DNA from: an uncultured Gammaproteobacteria bacterium
GTDB lineage: Bacteria > Pseudomonadota > Gammaproteobacteria > Pseudomonadales > Litorivicinaceae
Assembly (NCBI GenBank): GCA_937139465.1
Contig: CAKZQE010000239.1
Location: forward strand, 4,584 to 28,583
DNA length: 24,000 bases
Direction of reading: 5' to 3'
The notes beneath the pieces are model-generated. The model was not told the origin of the DNA and searched no databases. It saw nothing but the letters and a program-made list of their open reading frames with translations. Position 1 is the first letter of the stretch, and each line of letters opens with the position of its first letter. Shown here in pieces: positions 1 through 7,411 of this stretch. A program made the translations under genes and the position numbers.

Positions 1-566
1 AGGCGGATGAGCACGAGGACGCGGTGCAGATGATGACGCTGCACAGCGCCAAGGGTCTGGAGTTTCCCGTGGTGTTTTTGGCCGGCTGCGAAGAGGGTCT
101 GTTCCCGCACAAAATGTCGATGGACGACCCGGACGGGCTTGAGGAAGAGCGTCGCCTGGCCTACGTCGGCATTACCCGGGCCGAACAGAAGCTTTACCTG
201 ACCCACGCTGAAACCCGGCGCTTATACGGCATGGACAGCATGTCGCCGCGCTCGCGATTTTTGCGTGAAATTCCGCCTGAGTTGGTCGAAGAAATTCGCA
301 TGAACGCGAAGATTTCGCGACCCTTGAGCGGCACTGACAGCCGACTGCACCGGGGCGTGAAGCGTAATGATGCGCCTTGGAAAAGTCTGGACGCCGGTCA
401 TGACATTGGGCTGAGCTTGGGTCAGCGCGTAGCGCACCGACTGTTTGGGGAAGGCGTGGTGATGAAATTCGAAGGAACCGGCCCGCAGACCAAGGTAACG
501 GTTAACTTTGCTGGCAAGGGCACCAAGACGCTGATAGCGGCCTATGCCAACCTGACGGGGCTTTAA
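1..566 (+). CDS. uvrD: DNA helicase II (UvrD), C-terminal fragment; the 5' end lies outside the window
   Basis: The frame is open from the window edge (codon phase from nt 3: [36 protein letters not shown]). This is the SF1 helicase motif VI region and closely resembles E. coli UvrD. A UvrD-type C-terminal tail is present ([14 protein letters not shown]...[18 protein letters not shown]). Stop TAA is at 564-566. Confidence 0.85.
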   Translation, partial: ADEHEDAVQMMTLHSAKGLEFPVVFLAGCEEGLFPHKMSMDDPDGLEEERRLAYVGITRAEQKLYLTHAETRRLYGMDSMSPRSRFLREIPPELVEEIRMNAKISRPLSGTDSRLHRGVKRNDAPWKSLDAGHDIGLSLGQRVAHRLFGEGVVMKFEGTGPQTKVTVNFAGKGTKTLIAAYANLTGL

Positions 567-955
567 TCGAGCGCACGTATGTTGCCGGCCTTGGTGATGG
601 CGACCATGACCCAGTCGCCGGCGGTCACTTTGATCAGCTCATCGTTGCCGGGCAGTGCGATCCAGGCTTCCATCGGCACGGTGATACTGCTGCGGCCGAG
701 GGTGGGTTCACCGGCAAAGATCTCGATCTTCGCACCGACGGGGATGGGTGACATGAAATCCAACGAATCGATCGATACCGTGGCGCAGCGACCCTTGGCG
801 AGCGTGGTTGCGACCACTTCGGCCGCCTGATCCATCTGGTCGACCAGCCAGCCGGCGTAGATATCACCAAAGGCATTGGTGTCACGGGGCCGTGCGATTA
901 GTTGCAGCACCGACGTGCCCTCTGGCATAGGGTTTTGTTCTTGTTCTTCGGTCAT
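563..955 (-). CDS. Acyl-CoA thioesterase, hotdog fold (YciA-like)
   Basis: 130-aa ORF. The segments [17 protein letters not shown] and [17 protein letters not shown] resemble YciA/4HBT-type hotdog thioesterases. Its stop overlaps the uvrD stop in the palindrome TTAA (563-566). Confidence 0.65.
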   Translation of the reverse strand: MTEEQEQNPMPEGTSVLQLIARPRDTNAFGDIYAGWLVDQMDQAAEVVATTLAKGRCATVSIDSLDFMSPIPVGAKIEIFAGEPTLGRSSITVPMEAWIALPGNDELIKVTAGDWVMVAITKAGNIRALD

Positions 956-970
956 CTTGTTATTGGCCTA

Positions 971-998
971 AATAAAAAAGGGCTCCGTCCTGGAGCCC
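971..998 (-). terminator. Rho-independent terminator downstream of the TRAP permease genes
   Basis: Stem GGGCTCC (980-986) pairs with GGAGCCC (992-998) around a 5-nt loop. On the minus strand the hairpin is followed by TTTTTTATT, the complement of 971-979. Confidence 0.7.
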
Positions 999-1031
999 CT
1001 CTACTATAACGCGGTTGCAACAACCGTCTAG

Positions 1032-2534
1032 CTATTCAAAGCCGGGCAGTGTGATCTCGCCGCCAGAATCGCCATTGTCGCCGGGCAGGCCGAATCCGCC
1101 CAAGCCACCGTCATCATCCGGGCCCATGTCAAAGCTGATGTTGTCCAAATCCGCTTCGTTGATCACCACTTCTGGTCCAGTGACCCACTCGGGGAAGATA
1201 AAGATCAGCACCATGCTCAGCACCTGGATGCAGATAAACGGCAGCACGCCTTTGTAGATCTGCTGCGTGGTCATAGCAGGAATCTTGCGGCCGGTAATCT
1301 TGTCCACATAGGACTTCTTCGGTGCGACGCTACGCAGGTAAAACAGCGCGAAGCCAAAGGGCGGTGTCAGGAAGCTGATGGCCATGTTCATGCCCACCAG
1401 AACCAGGAACCAGACCATGTTGATGCCCATGTTTTCGGCCACAGGCCCGATCAGCGGCATCAAGATGAAGGCGATCTCGAAGAAGTCGATGAAGAAGCCG
1501 AGGATGAACACCATGACGCTGACGAAGATCATGAAGCCCATTTCGCCGCCGGGTACCAGGCTGAACAGGTGCTCGATCCAGAGGTCACCGTTAATGGCCC
1601 GGAAGGTCAACGCAAAGATGGTTGAGCCGACCAGAATGAACATCACAAAGGTGGCCAGTTTCGTCGTGGTGTCGAGCGCGCCGCGTAGGGTCTCACGGCT
1701 TAGGCGACGGCGGACAAACGCCAGGATTAGCGCGCCAACGGCACCCATGGCGCCGCCTTCGGTCGGCGTAGCCCAGCCGATGAAGATGGTGCCCAGAACC
1801 AAGAAAATAAGCAGAACCGGAGGCACCATCGATACCAGGATGGATTTGACCAGCACCATGCCGCGCATGGTCCGAGCTTCCGGTGGCAAGGCCGGTACCA
1901 AGTGGGGCTTGGTGATTGACAAAAAGGCCACGTAGCCCAGCAACAGACCGACCATCAAGAACGACGGCACCAGTGCGCCGCGGTAGGCGTCGCCCACAGA
2001 GACACCCAGCACATCGGCCAGCACGATCAACACCAACGACGGGGGAATGACCTGGGCAAGGGAGCCCGCTGAGGTCAAAAGACCCGCTGCGACGCCGTTG
2101 TTGAAGCCATACCGCATCATCACCGGAAGGCTGATCAGGCCCATGGAAATCACGGACGCGGCGACAACACCGGTGGTCGCGGCCAACAAGGCACCCACCA
2201 GGATAACAGCGTAGCCGAGGCCGCCCGGCAAGGGGCCAAACAGCTGGCCGGCGGACTCCAATAGGTCCTCAGCCATGCCCGATCGCTGCAGCAGGATCCC
2301 CATAAAGGTAAAGAACGGGATCGCCAGCAGTGTGTCGTTTTGCAGTAGGCCGTAGATGCGCTCAGGCAGGGCTTGCAGCAGCACAAAATCCAAAAGGCCC
2401 AGTTCAATACCGATCAGGCCGAACAGGATGCCGTTGGCAGCCAAGCTGAAGGCGACGGGAAATCCCGACAGCAAGAAAAAAATCAGGGTGCCGAACATGA
2501 CCGGCGCCAGGTTTGCCTGCAAGAAGGCTTCCAT
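1032..2534 (-). CDS. TRAP transporter large permease subunit (DctM family, COG4664/FcbT3-like) with an acidic Gly/Asp-rich C-terminal tail
   Basis: 500-aa polytopic membrane protein. Its ATG shares one base with the stop of the upstream small subunit (TAATG at 2532-2536). Order and size fit a DctQ-DctM pair. The last ~49 aa (ADLDNISFDMGPDDDGGLGGFGLPGDNGDSGGEITLPGFE) are low-complexity. Confidence 0.85.
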   Translation of the reverse strand: MEAFLQANLAPVMFGTLIFFLLSGFPVAFSLAANGILFGLIGIELGLLDFVLLQALPERIYGLLQNDTLLAIPFFTFMGILLQRSGMAEDLLESAGQLFGPLPGGLGYAVILVGALLAATTGVVAASVISMGLISLPVMMRYGFNNGVAAGLLTSAGSLAQVIPPSLVLIVLADVLGVSVGDAYRGALVPSFLMVGLLLGYVAFLSITKPHLVPALPPEARTMRGMVLVKSILVSMVPPVLLIFLVLGTIFIGWATPTEGGAMGAVGALILAFVRRRLSRETLRGALDTTTKLATFVMFILVGSTIFALTFRAINGDLWIEHLFSLVPGGEMGFMIFVSVMVFILGFFIDFFEIAFILMPLIGPVAENMGINMVWFLVLVGMNMAISFLTPPFGFALFYLRSVAPKKSYVDKITGRKIPAMTTQQIYKGVLPFICIQVLSMVLIFIFPEWVTGPEVVINEADLDNISFDMGPDDDGGLGGFGLPGDNGDSGGEITLPGFE

Positions 2535-3112
2535 TATTTCGTCTCCTCAACGATGACGTCGTCCATATCGATATCCGCATGACCACCCGTAGCCAGTACG
2601 TCCTCACCCACGCCTTTGAGGAAGGCGATGCGCTTGATCAGTTCACTGCCGGCTTGCAGGAACAGCAAACCGAAGCCGACGGGCACTAAGATACGCAGCG
2701 GCCAGCGGATCAGGCCGCCGGCGTTTTGGCTGACTTCTTGGTTGAGTACTGATTCCCAAAAGTTGGGGATCGACTGCAGGCAGATGTATAGCGTGGTCGG
2801 CATCACGAAAATCAGCATGCCACCGGCGTCGATCCAGTTGCGGGTGCGTGCAGACAGCCGTTGGCTGACCAGGTCGATGCGCACGTGCTCATTGCGTTTC
2901 AGGGTGTAGGCCGCGCCGAGCATGTACACGGCGGCGAAAAAGTACCATTGAAGTTCGAGCCACGCATTGGAGGCCATGCCCAGGGCGTAGCGGGAGGTCG
3001 CGTTGCCGGCGCTTACCAGTACCGACCCAAGAATCAGCCATTTAACGGTGGTCCCGACGCGTTCGTTGAGGGCGTCGACTAGCTTTGAAAAGGCCATCAG
3101 TGCCTGAAACAT
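2534..3112 (-). CDS. TRAP transporter small permease subunit (DctQ family, COG4665-like)
   Basis: 192-aa protein with ~4 hydrophobic helices. SD GGAG lies 6 nt upstream of the ATG. It is translationally coupled to the large subunit. Confidence 0.8.
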   Translation of the reverse strand: MFQALMAFSKLVDALNERVGTTVKWLILGSVLVSAGNATSRYALGMASNAWLELQWYFFAAVYMLGAAYTLKRNEHVRIDLVSQRLSARTRNWIDAGGMLIFVMPTTLYICLQSIPNFWESVLNQEVSQNAGGLIRWPLRILVPVGFGLLFLQAGSELIKRIAFLKGVGEDVLATGGHADIDMDDVIVEETK

Positions 3113-3139
3113 GAGCTTCTCCGGAGCAGGTTATCGTTA

Positions 3140-3177
3140 TTAGAGTGGGCCATGCTTGCGCCCGGTGAACACTCTAA
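3140..3177. promoter_or_regulatory. Inverted repeat TTAGAGTG-N22-CACTCTAA in the divergent TRAP control region (candidate operator or leader hairpin)
   Basis: The 8-bp arms lie at 3140-3147 and 3170-3177. The reverse complement of the right arm extends to TTGTTAGAGT, and that 10-mer recurs exactly at 3277-3286. Confidence 0.35.
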
Positions 3178-3251
3178 CAATACCACCGCAGTCCGTGGGT
3201 GGTTTATTTGGCGAAGGAGATTGCCGCGAGAAAAGGCGCTTTGCAACTATT

Positions 3252-3260
3252 TGGTAATAT
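3252..3260 (+). promoter_or_regulatory. Possible extended -10 promoter element (TGgTAATAT) for the TRAP binding-protein gene
   Basis: TG at 3252-3253 lies one nt upstream of TAATAT (3255-3260). No good -35 is present. This would give a 5' UTR of about 145 nt. Confidence 0.3.
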
Positions 3261-3411
3261 GGTCAGACCAATTCTTTGTTAGAGTTCATCGCAGGTCGGT
3301 TAGGCAGGGATTGCAAAACCTACTCGCCTTAGGGGAGACTCCGTCGCAGGAGCTCGGTAACGGGTTTCGCGATGTCTCCGAAAAAAACAGACAAAATAAT
3401 AGGACTGAATC

Positions 3412-4494
3412 ATGACTCAACGACGTGATCTACTGGCCGCTGCCGCCCTCGCTGGCGCGTTGGCTGCACCCGCTGCGATGGCTGCGGGCCACGCACTCCC
3501 CGAGCTAAACTGGCGTCTGGCTACTTCTGTACCGCCGACCATCGAATTCTACGAAGGCGCTGTAACCTTCGCCGAAGAAGTCGAGCGTATGACCGACGGC
3601 AAATTCAAAATCCGCGTTTTCGCTGGTGGTGAATTGGTCCCCGCATTCGGTGTTTTCGACGCAGTGAGTGACGGCACCGTAGAAATGGGCCACACCGCTT
3701 CTTACTACTACTTCGGTAAGAACGAAGCCTACGCATTGGACACCACGGTGCCCTTCGGCATGAACTACCGTCAGTTCCAAGCATGGTGGAACTACGGCAA
3801 CGGTAAGACCCTGATCCAGGACCTGTTCGCCAAAGAAAACATCGTTCCGTTCCCCGCAGGCAACACCGGCGTTCAGATGGGCGGTTGGTTCAACAAAGAA
3901 GTGAAGAGCGTCGCTGACCTTGACGGTCTGAAAATGCGTATCGGTGGCATGGGCGGCAAGATCATCGAGAAACTCGGTGTGGTTCCCCAGTCAGTACCGG
4001 GCGCGGACATCTACCCTTCATTGGAAAAAGGCACCATCGACGCAGCGGAATGGATCGGTCCCCACGACGACATGAAGCTGGGCTTCAACCAAGTGGCGCA
4101 GTACTACTACACGCCGGGCTGGTGGGAAGCGGGTCCGAACCTGTCTGTCTACATCAACAAAGAAAAGTTCGACGCACTGCCGGTTGAATACCAGAACATC
4201 ATTGAAGCTGCTGCGACACGCGCTAACGTTGACATGATGTCTTCATACGACGCTAAGAACCCCGTCGCATTGAAGAAGCTGATCTCTACTGGCACCAAAC
4301 TGCGCGCTTTCCCGCGTGACGTGTTGGAAGCTGCCTATGCAGCGGCTCAGGAAACTTACGCAGAGCTGCGTGAGTCGAACCCTGACTTCAAGCTGATCTA
4401 CGACGACATGGTCAAGTTCCAGAAAGACCAGAACCTGTGGGCCGGCGTTGCCGAAGGCCGTCAGGACGCGTTCATGCAGAGCATTTCTCGCTAA
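3412..4494 (+). CDS. TRAP transporter substrate-binding protein (COG4663/FcbT1-like) with a Tat-like signal peptide
   Basis: 360 aa. The N-terminus MTQRRDLLAAAALAGALAAPAAMAAG has a twin-arginine motif, a hydrophobic core and an AxA site. The gene is divergent from the dctQM-like genes. SD AGGA lies 7 nt upstream. Codon usage is of the strongly optimised, highly-expressed type. Confidence 0.85.
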   Translation: MTQRRDLLAAAALAGALAAPAAMAAGHALPELNWRLATSVPPTIEFYEGAVTFAEEVERMTDGKFKIRVFAGGELVPAFGVFDAVSDGTVEMGHTASYYYFGKNEAYALDTTVPFGMNYRQFQAWWNYGNGKTLIQDLFAKENIVPFPAGNTGVQMGGWFNKEVKSVADLDGLKMRIGGMGGKIIEKLGVVPQSVPGADIYPSLEKGTIDAAEWIGPHDDMKLGFNQVAQYYYTPGWWEAGPNLSVYINKEKFDALPVEYQNIIEAAATRANVDMMSSYDAKNPVALKKLISTGTKLRAFPRDVLEAAYAAAQETYAELRESNPDFKLIYDDMVKFQKDQNLWAGVAEGRQDAFMQSISR

Positions 4495-4517
4495 GCATTA
4501 CGTACCTCAACGAAGAA

Positions 4518-4540
4518 GGCGCCCCTGTGGCGCCTTTTTT
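4518..4540 (+). terminator. Rho-independent terminator of the TRAP binding-protein gene
   Basis: GGCGCC (4518-4523), loop CCTGT, GGCGCC (4529-4534), then TTTTTT (4535-4540). It starts 24 nt after the stop codon. Confidence 0.85.
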
Positions 4541-4710
4541 GTGCCCGTGATTCCGGGCCTTCGCTACAAATGGTTACAAAACGTGTAATAAAACCACTGG
4601 TGCGGCGCGGCGATCGCCCTATACTTTGGTCTATCAAGACGTCGAAGCGGAGTGGCCACTGGCCCCGCAACGACCATTGCTTGGTGCTTCTTCATTAGAT
4701 GATCTTTTTC

Positions 4711-4734
4711 GGCGCCCTCGTGGCGCCTTTTTTT
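4711..4734 (+). terminator. Second, near-identical rho-independent terminator with no annotated gene upstream
   Basis: GGCGCC (4711-4716), loop CTCGT, GGCGCC (4722-4727), then TTTTTTT (4728-4734). It has the same stem as the terminator at 4518. It lies 74 nt upstream of the MarC-family start codon. Confidence 0.75.
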
Positions 4735-4808
4735 GCCTATTTTCCACCGGGCTTTTGCGCTTTCCAGTGCACCTCGATAGTCTGCCGGATCGTTAAAACG
4801 GAGGCGTC

Positions 4809-5402
4809 ATGGAAACCTGGAGCGTTGCAATCACATTGTTTCTGATCATGGATCCGCTGGGGAACATCCCGGTGTTTCTGTCCGTGCTCAAACAGGTTGC
4901 CCCCGAACGGCGACGCTTGGTGCTGTTCCGTGAGCTGTTGATTGCGCTGGCGATCATGGTGACGTTTTTGTTCATTGGGCCGTCGCTGCTCAAAACCCTG
5001 AGCCTGTCACGTGAAGCCGTGTCCATCGGTGGCGCGCTGGTGTTAATGATCATTGCGGTGCGCATGATTTTCCCTTCCCGCGGTGGTGTCATGGGCTCGG
5101 ACGAAGACGATGGGGAGCCTTTGGTGGTGCCCCTGGCGGTGCCCATGATTGCGGGCCCGTCGGTGCTGGCGACCTTGGTGCTGGTGACTGAGACGGACCC
5201 GGAGCGCAATGTTGACTGGATGATTGCCTTGGGCAGTGCTTGGTTGGCTGTTGCGGTGATCATGATGGGGTCGCAGGTGCTGTATCGCGTACTCGGCACC
5301 CGCGGTTTGAAGGCCATCGAACGGCTGATGGGGATGATCTTGGTGTCAATTTCCGTTCAGATGTTCCTAAACGGTATTCAGAGCTTCATGTCTCACGTCT
5401 AG
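4809..5402 (+). CDS. MarC family (UPF0056/NAAT) integral membrane protein
   Basis: 197 aa and multi-TM. The N-terminal MDPLGNIPVFLSV motif is typical of the MarC/YhgN family. SD GGAGG lies 4 nt upstream of the ATG. Confidence 0.8.
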   Translation: METWSVAITLFLIMDPLGNIPVFLSVLKQVAPERRRLVLFRELLIALAIMVTFLFIGPSLLKTLSLSREAVSIGGALVLMIIAVRMIFPSRGGVMGSDEDDGEPLVVPLAVPMIAGPSVLATLVLVTETDPERNVDWMIALGSAWLAVAVIMMGSQVLYRVLGTRGLKAIERLMGMILVSISVQMFLNGIQSFMSHV

Positions 5403-5857
5403 GGGAACTCAAAGCCCTCGCGGCGCAGCTCAATATCGACTTTTAAGCGCGGGAAGAAGGAAAAGGCATCCTCGCGTCCCACTCGTGCGGTCAGGTAGCC
5501 GCCTTCGACGGTATACAGCGACGTAAAGCCGATGAATTTTTCTTGGCTGTCATTGATGGTGCGCCGGGCGTTGTCGCAAAACGTATTGGTGCCGTACTTA
5601 TTGCAGACCCGATTAACCAGTGCGCGCTGGTTACTGACTTCGTTGCTGAGCCCAGGCTGGGTGTAGCGCACGGCTTCAACGCGGCCTTGGTCATCGTAAT
5701 AGACCCGTAACCAGGGCTTGGCGCGTTTTGAGACGGCCGCTTCGGCGTCGCGGGTATCACCCAAACGAATGCCAGCGACGTCATCGACAATGGCCGGGCC
5801 GCGGGCGAAGGCGTTGATGCTGAGGGCGAATAATCCAAGGAACCAGAGTGCTTTCAA
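5399..5857 (-). CDS. Hypothetical secreted protein; the start codon is uncertain
   Basis: The ORF is open to 5917 and contains no ATG at all. Candidate starts are GTG 5917, GTG 5887 and TTG 5857. The TTG overlaps the upstream stop as TTGA and yields a canonical signal peptide, MKALWFLGLFALSINAFA/RGP. The mature part has 2 Cys. I recognise no family. Confidence 0.5.
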   Translation of the reverse strand: MKALWFLGLFALSINAFARGPAIVDDVAGIRLGDTRDAEAAVSKRAKPWLRVYYDDQGRVEAVRYTQPGLSNEVSNQRALVNRVCNKYGTNTFCDNARRTINDSQEKFIGFTSLYTVEGGYLTARVGREDAFSFFPRLKVDIELRREGFEFP

Positions 5858-6192
5858 CTTAACCGACCAAAAAGTATCAGGTGCCACACCATCAACGCGG
5901 CGTAGCCAAAGAAACACAGCCGCAAAATAGTCAGCGGCGAGGGGCCGCGGTTGGGACGGTCTGATGCGAACATCAGCAGCGCTACGCCACCGGCGGTTAG
6001 CGCCAGTTTACCACTCAAAAACCATAGGTCACCCATTTCGATCAGGTAGGCCATCAGTGGGTTGGCTTCGGTGGCGCCGAGGGCCATGACGCGCAGGGTG
6101 AAATGCGCGTCCAGCATGCTCATGCACAGGATGCCTAGGGCGGTGAAGCGGCGCTGATGGGTCAGTAGTGAGTTCAGTGGCGCCGCAAACAT
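5854..6192 (-). CDS. Small integral membrane protein, DUF5658-like
   Basis: 112 aa with 3-4 TM helices. The pattern LDAHFTLRVMALGATEANPLMAY matches my recollection of the DUF5658 D..T...G..E.NP signature. The ATG directly abuts the argD stop (TAAATG), and a strong SD GGAGGG lies inside the argD 3' end. Confidence 0.6.
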   Translation of the reverse strand: MFAAPLNSLLTHQRRFTALGILCMSMLDAHFTLRVMALGATEANPLMAYLIEMGDLWFLSGKLALTAGGVALLMFASDRPNRGPSPLTILRLCFFGYAALMVWHLILFGRLS

Positions 6193-7395
6193 TTACCCTC
6201 CTAGGGTGTCAGTGATGGCTGCCTCCATTTTTTCGAGGCCACGGGCCAGGACGTCGCGTGGTGTATTCAGCGCCGGAGCCAGACGAACCACGTTGGCGCC
6301 GGCGACGAGCAGCATCACGCCCTGCGCCAATCCGTGTTTCATGATATCGCCGGCCCGATCTTTCAGAACGGGGGACAGTTCACAACCAAACCACAGTCCC
6401 ATGTGTCGCACGTCGCTAAACGCGCCGGTGCGGGCACCCATGGCGATTAACTCGTCGCGCATCCAGTCGCTGTTGTCGCGAACGGTCTGCAAAAAGTCGG
6501 GCTGACGAATCAGGTTGATGGCTGCCAGTGCCACCGCACAGCCCAGCGGGTTGCCGCCGCTGGTGGTGCCGTGGGTACCCGGCGTCAACACCCGGGCGAT
6601 TTCAGCTGTGGTCAACATGGCGCCTATCGGGAAACCACAGCCTAGGGCCTTGGCCGAGGACACAATATCCGGAGTAATACCGAGGGCTTGGTAGCCGTAT
6701 AAGTAACCGGAACGGCCAACACCGCTTTGAACTTCGTCGAAAATCAGCAGTGCGTTGTGCTGATCGGCCAGCCTTCGTGCCGCGGCGACAAACTCGGCTG
6801 TCGCCGGCATCATGCCGCCCTCGCCCTGCAACGGCTCGATCATGATGGCGCAGACGTTATCGTCCATGGTGGCGTCGAGCGCGGCCACATCGTTGTAGGG
6901 CACATGGGTGATGCCGCCTGGGCAAGGGCCGAAGCCCTCTTGGTACTTGGGTTGACCGCCGACGGACACTGTAAATAGCGTGCGCCCGTGGAAGCCGTTG
7001 TCGAAGGCGACGATGCGGTTTTTCTGCGCGCCGTAGACCTCATAGGCATACCGCCGCGCCAGTTTCAGCGCAGCTTCGTTCGCTTCGGCACCGGAATTGC
7101 AAAAGAACACGCGTTCGGCAAAGGTTTCTGCGCACAGCACCGCCGCCAAGTCCGTTGCCGGCTTGTTGGTCATAAGGTTGCTGACGTGCCACAGCTTTTG
7201 CGCTTGCTCGGTCAGTGCGTTGACCAAGACTGGGTGGCAGTGCCCAAGTGCGCTGACCGCGATGCCGCCGGCCAAATCAATCAGCTGCTCGCCGTCTTCG
7301 GTGTAGATGTAGGGGCCTTCGCCGCGTTCGGGAACCTGCGCAAAGGGCGCGTAGTTGGGCACCATGTGTTGATCGAATTGGGCGCGCGTGCTCAT
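6193..7395 (-). CDS. argD: Acetylornithine (or succinylornithine) aminotransferase, class-III PLP aminotransferase
   Basis: Motifs present: GGIAVSALGHCHP, FFCNSGAEANEAALKLAR, LIFDEVQSGVGRSG, and SSAKALG carrying the PLP lysine. I place the start at ATG 7395 (MSTRAQFDQHMVPNYAP) because SD AAGGA lies 8 nt upstream. The longer ORF to 7500 would overlap the HAD gene. Confidence 0.8.
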   Translation of the reverse strand: MSTRAQFDQHMVPNYAPFAQVPERGEGPYIYTEDGEQLIDLAGGIAVSALGHCHPVLVNALTEQAQKLWHVSNLMTNKPATDLAAVLCAETFAERVFFCNSGAEANEAALKLARRYAYEVYGAQKNRIVAFDNGFHGRTLFTVSVGGQPKYQEGFGPCPGGITHVPYNDVAALDATMDDNVCAIMIEPLQGEGGMMPATAEFVAAARRLADQHNALLIFDEVQSGVGRSGYLYGYQALGITPDIVSSAKALGCGFPIGAMLTTAEIARVLTPGTHGTTSGGNPLGCAVALAAINLIRQPDFLQTVRDNSDWMRDELIAMGARTGAFSDVRHMGLWFGCELSPVLKDRAGDIMKHGLAQGVMLLVAGANVVRLAPALNTPRDVLARGLEKMEAAITDTLGG

Positions 7396-7411
7396 GGTAT
7401 TCATCCTTGAT

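Noticed and set aside
4564-4695. A 43-codon minus-strand ORF (MKKHQAMVVAGPVATPLRRLDRPKYRAIAAPHQWFYYTFCNHL) that fills the space between the two twin terminators.
   Set aside because: It has no Shine-Dalgarno. It uses codons rare in this window (AGA, AGG, CGA). It has no hydrophobic or otherwise recognisable character. The flanking hairpins have their T-tracts on the plus strand, so they would not terminate a minus-strand message. It is more likely non-coding.
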